NCBI RefSeq assembly: GCF_044704955.1
Contig: NC_091999.1
Span: forward strand, 10,788,001 to 10,852,000
DNA: 64,000 bases
Source: Pristiophorus japonicus
Lineage: Eukaryota
Direction of reading: 5' to 3'
A program made the translations under genes and the position numbers. Positions 62,457 through 64,000 of this stretch are shown here, piece by piece; position 1 is the stretch's first letter; every line of letters begins with the position of its first letter. Under the pieces are notes generated by a model. That model did not search any database and had not been told where the DNA came from. It was given only the letters and a program-made list of their open reading frames with translations.

Positions 62457-63660
62457 TCAGTATCTGCATTGTCCCTTTCCTTTCTGAAAGCAGAGCAAAG
62501 TATTCAATAAGAACCAGACCAACATCTTTCGCCTCCACACAAAGATTACCCTCATGGTCACTAAAAGGCCATACCCTTTCTCTAGTTACCCTCTTACTCT
62601 TAATATCTTCATCGAACATCTTAGGGTTTTCCTTAATTTTACTGCCCAAGAATTCCTTGTACTCTCTCTTAACTTTCCTAATAACTTTTTATTTTTTTCT
62701 CTTAACTTTCTATATTCCTCTGAAGATTTTATAGTATTTAGCCGTTAGTATATGACATACACGTCCTTTTTTTCTCAATCCTCCCCTGTAAGTCCCTAGA
62801 CATCCGGCGGGGGAGGGGTGGGGTGGTTTGAATTAATTTTCCAAGCCTTTTTATTTCAGGGAACATATTTGGCCTGAACTTTCCTGATCTCCTCCTTGAA
62901 TGCCTCCCACTGTTCCGACACTGATTTCTCCACAAGTAGCTGTTTCCAGTCTACGATGGCCAAATCAGTCCTTCACTTAGAAAAATTTGCTTTACCCCAA
63001 TTCGGAACATTTATTCCAGGCGTATTCTTGTCCTTATCTATAACCAACTTGAATTTGACTGTATTATGGTCAGTGGCACCCTAGTGCTCTCCCACTAATA
63101 CACTTTTAACCTGCCCAGCTTCATTCCGCAAAACTAAATCTAAGACCGCCTCCTCTCGTGTTGGGCTTGCTACATACTGACTAAAAATGTCCTCTTCAAC
63201 GCATTTCAAGAATTCCGCACCCTCTATACCCTTCACACTAAATTTGTTCCAATCAATATTTGGACAGTTAAAATCCCCTACTTTTACTACCCTAAGGTTT
63301 TTGGACTTCATAGCAATTTGCTTACATATTTCCTCCTCTATCTCTCTCCAACTGTTTGCGGGTGTATAATACAAGCCCAGCAGTGTCATCGCAGCTTTTT
63401 TATTTTTCAATTCGACCCATATGACTTCATTTGATGATCCCTCTAACATAGTATCCCTCCTCACCGCTGCAATAGTTTCTTTAATCAGTACCACAACCCG
63501 TCCCCCTTTTTTACTCCCTCTCTATCTTGTCTAAAAATCCTGTAGCCAGGAATATTGATCTGCCAAACCTGCCCCTCTTCCTGCCATATCTCTGTAATGG
63601 ATATAATGTCATACCCCATGTGTCTACCTCTGCTCCTCGCTCATCCGCCTTACTCGCTAT

Positions 63661-63849
63661 TGTAATGACTCAAGGATAGCTTAATGTAAACTCACTCAAG
63701 TGCAAGCTGATCCATCTTTATTCCAGCTCAATTGTGCCTGCGTGATAAAGATACCCAGCTTTTATACAGGTGACTAAGGGTACAGCCCGATGTCCTCCGA
63801 CCGCAATGCCCTGTGGTGTGTGATGACCCCCAAGCATTAATACATAACA
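63661..63849 (-). mobile_element. Solo LTR (189 bp) with 5-bp target-site duplication
   Basis: TGT...ACA termini; GCTAT at 63656-63660 and 63850-63854; TATAAAA and AATAAA on the minus strand. Confidence 0.85.
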
Positions 63850-64000
63850 GCTATACTCCTTGCATTAAAGTATATAACATTCAGCACAGGAAGACCTCCT
63901 TCCTTATTACATACTAAGCCCTGTAACCTCTGTCTTACAGATTCGCTTTCTGGATTCTTGCTATCCAATTTCTGATTTACTTCCTTCCCTTTTGAATTCG

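Larger units (their letters stand above)
60195..63995 (-). mobile_element. Degenerate CR1 LINEs with small nested insertions
   Basis: HMDCGKAFDKLPH, KFADYTKIG, EVIWVELKN..VGDFNCP; CATAGAAA tail near 60385-60407. Confidence 0.85.

Overview
This is vertebrate genomic DNA, most likely from a cartilaginous fish (inferred from CR1 LINEs with (TTTCTATG)n tails and the V families). It is part of a T-cell receptor alpha/delta V-segment array. I can read 16 V segments plus one orphan leader, in both orientations, most with a leader exon, a phase-1 intron and a 3' RSS (22-24 bp spacer). Three look fully functional (14030-14482 +, 17342-17788 -, 27523-28426 +). One (58929-59234 -) has an open V exon, an extra CDR1 cysteine, a perfect heptamer and a broken leader, matching the description of the NAR-TCR supporting Vdelta. 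It is followed by a tandem array of about 60-bp units, each carrying a copy of the RSS. Positions 1-15691 are duplicated at 29476-47372, and the second copy carries a young CR1 insertion with an uninterrupted RT ORF. The rest is CR1/L2/RTE LINE fragments, SINEs, an env-bearing LTR-element relic, a solo LTR and simple repeats. No convincing D, J or C segments are visible. All coordinates were read by eye; repeat boundaries are approximate.
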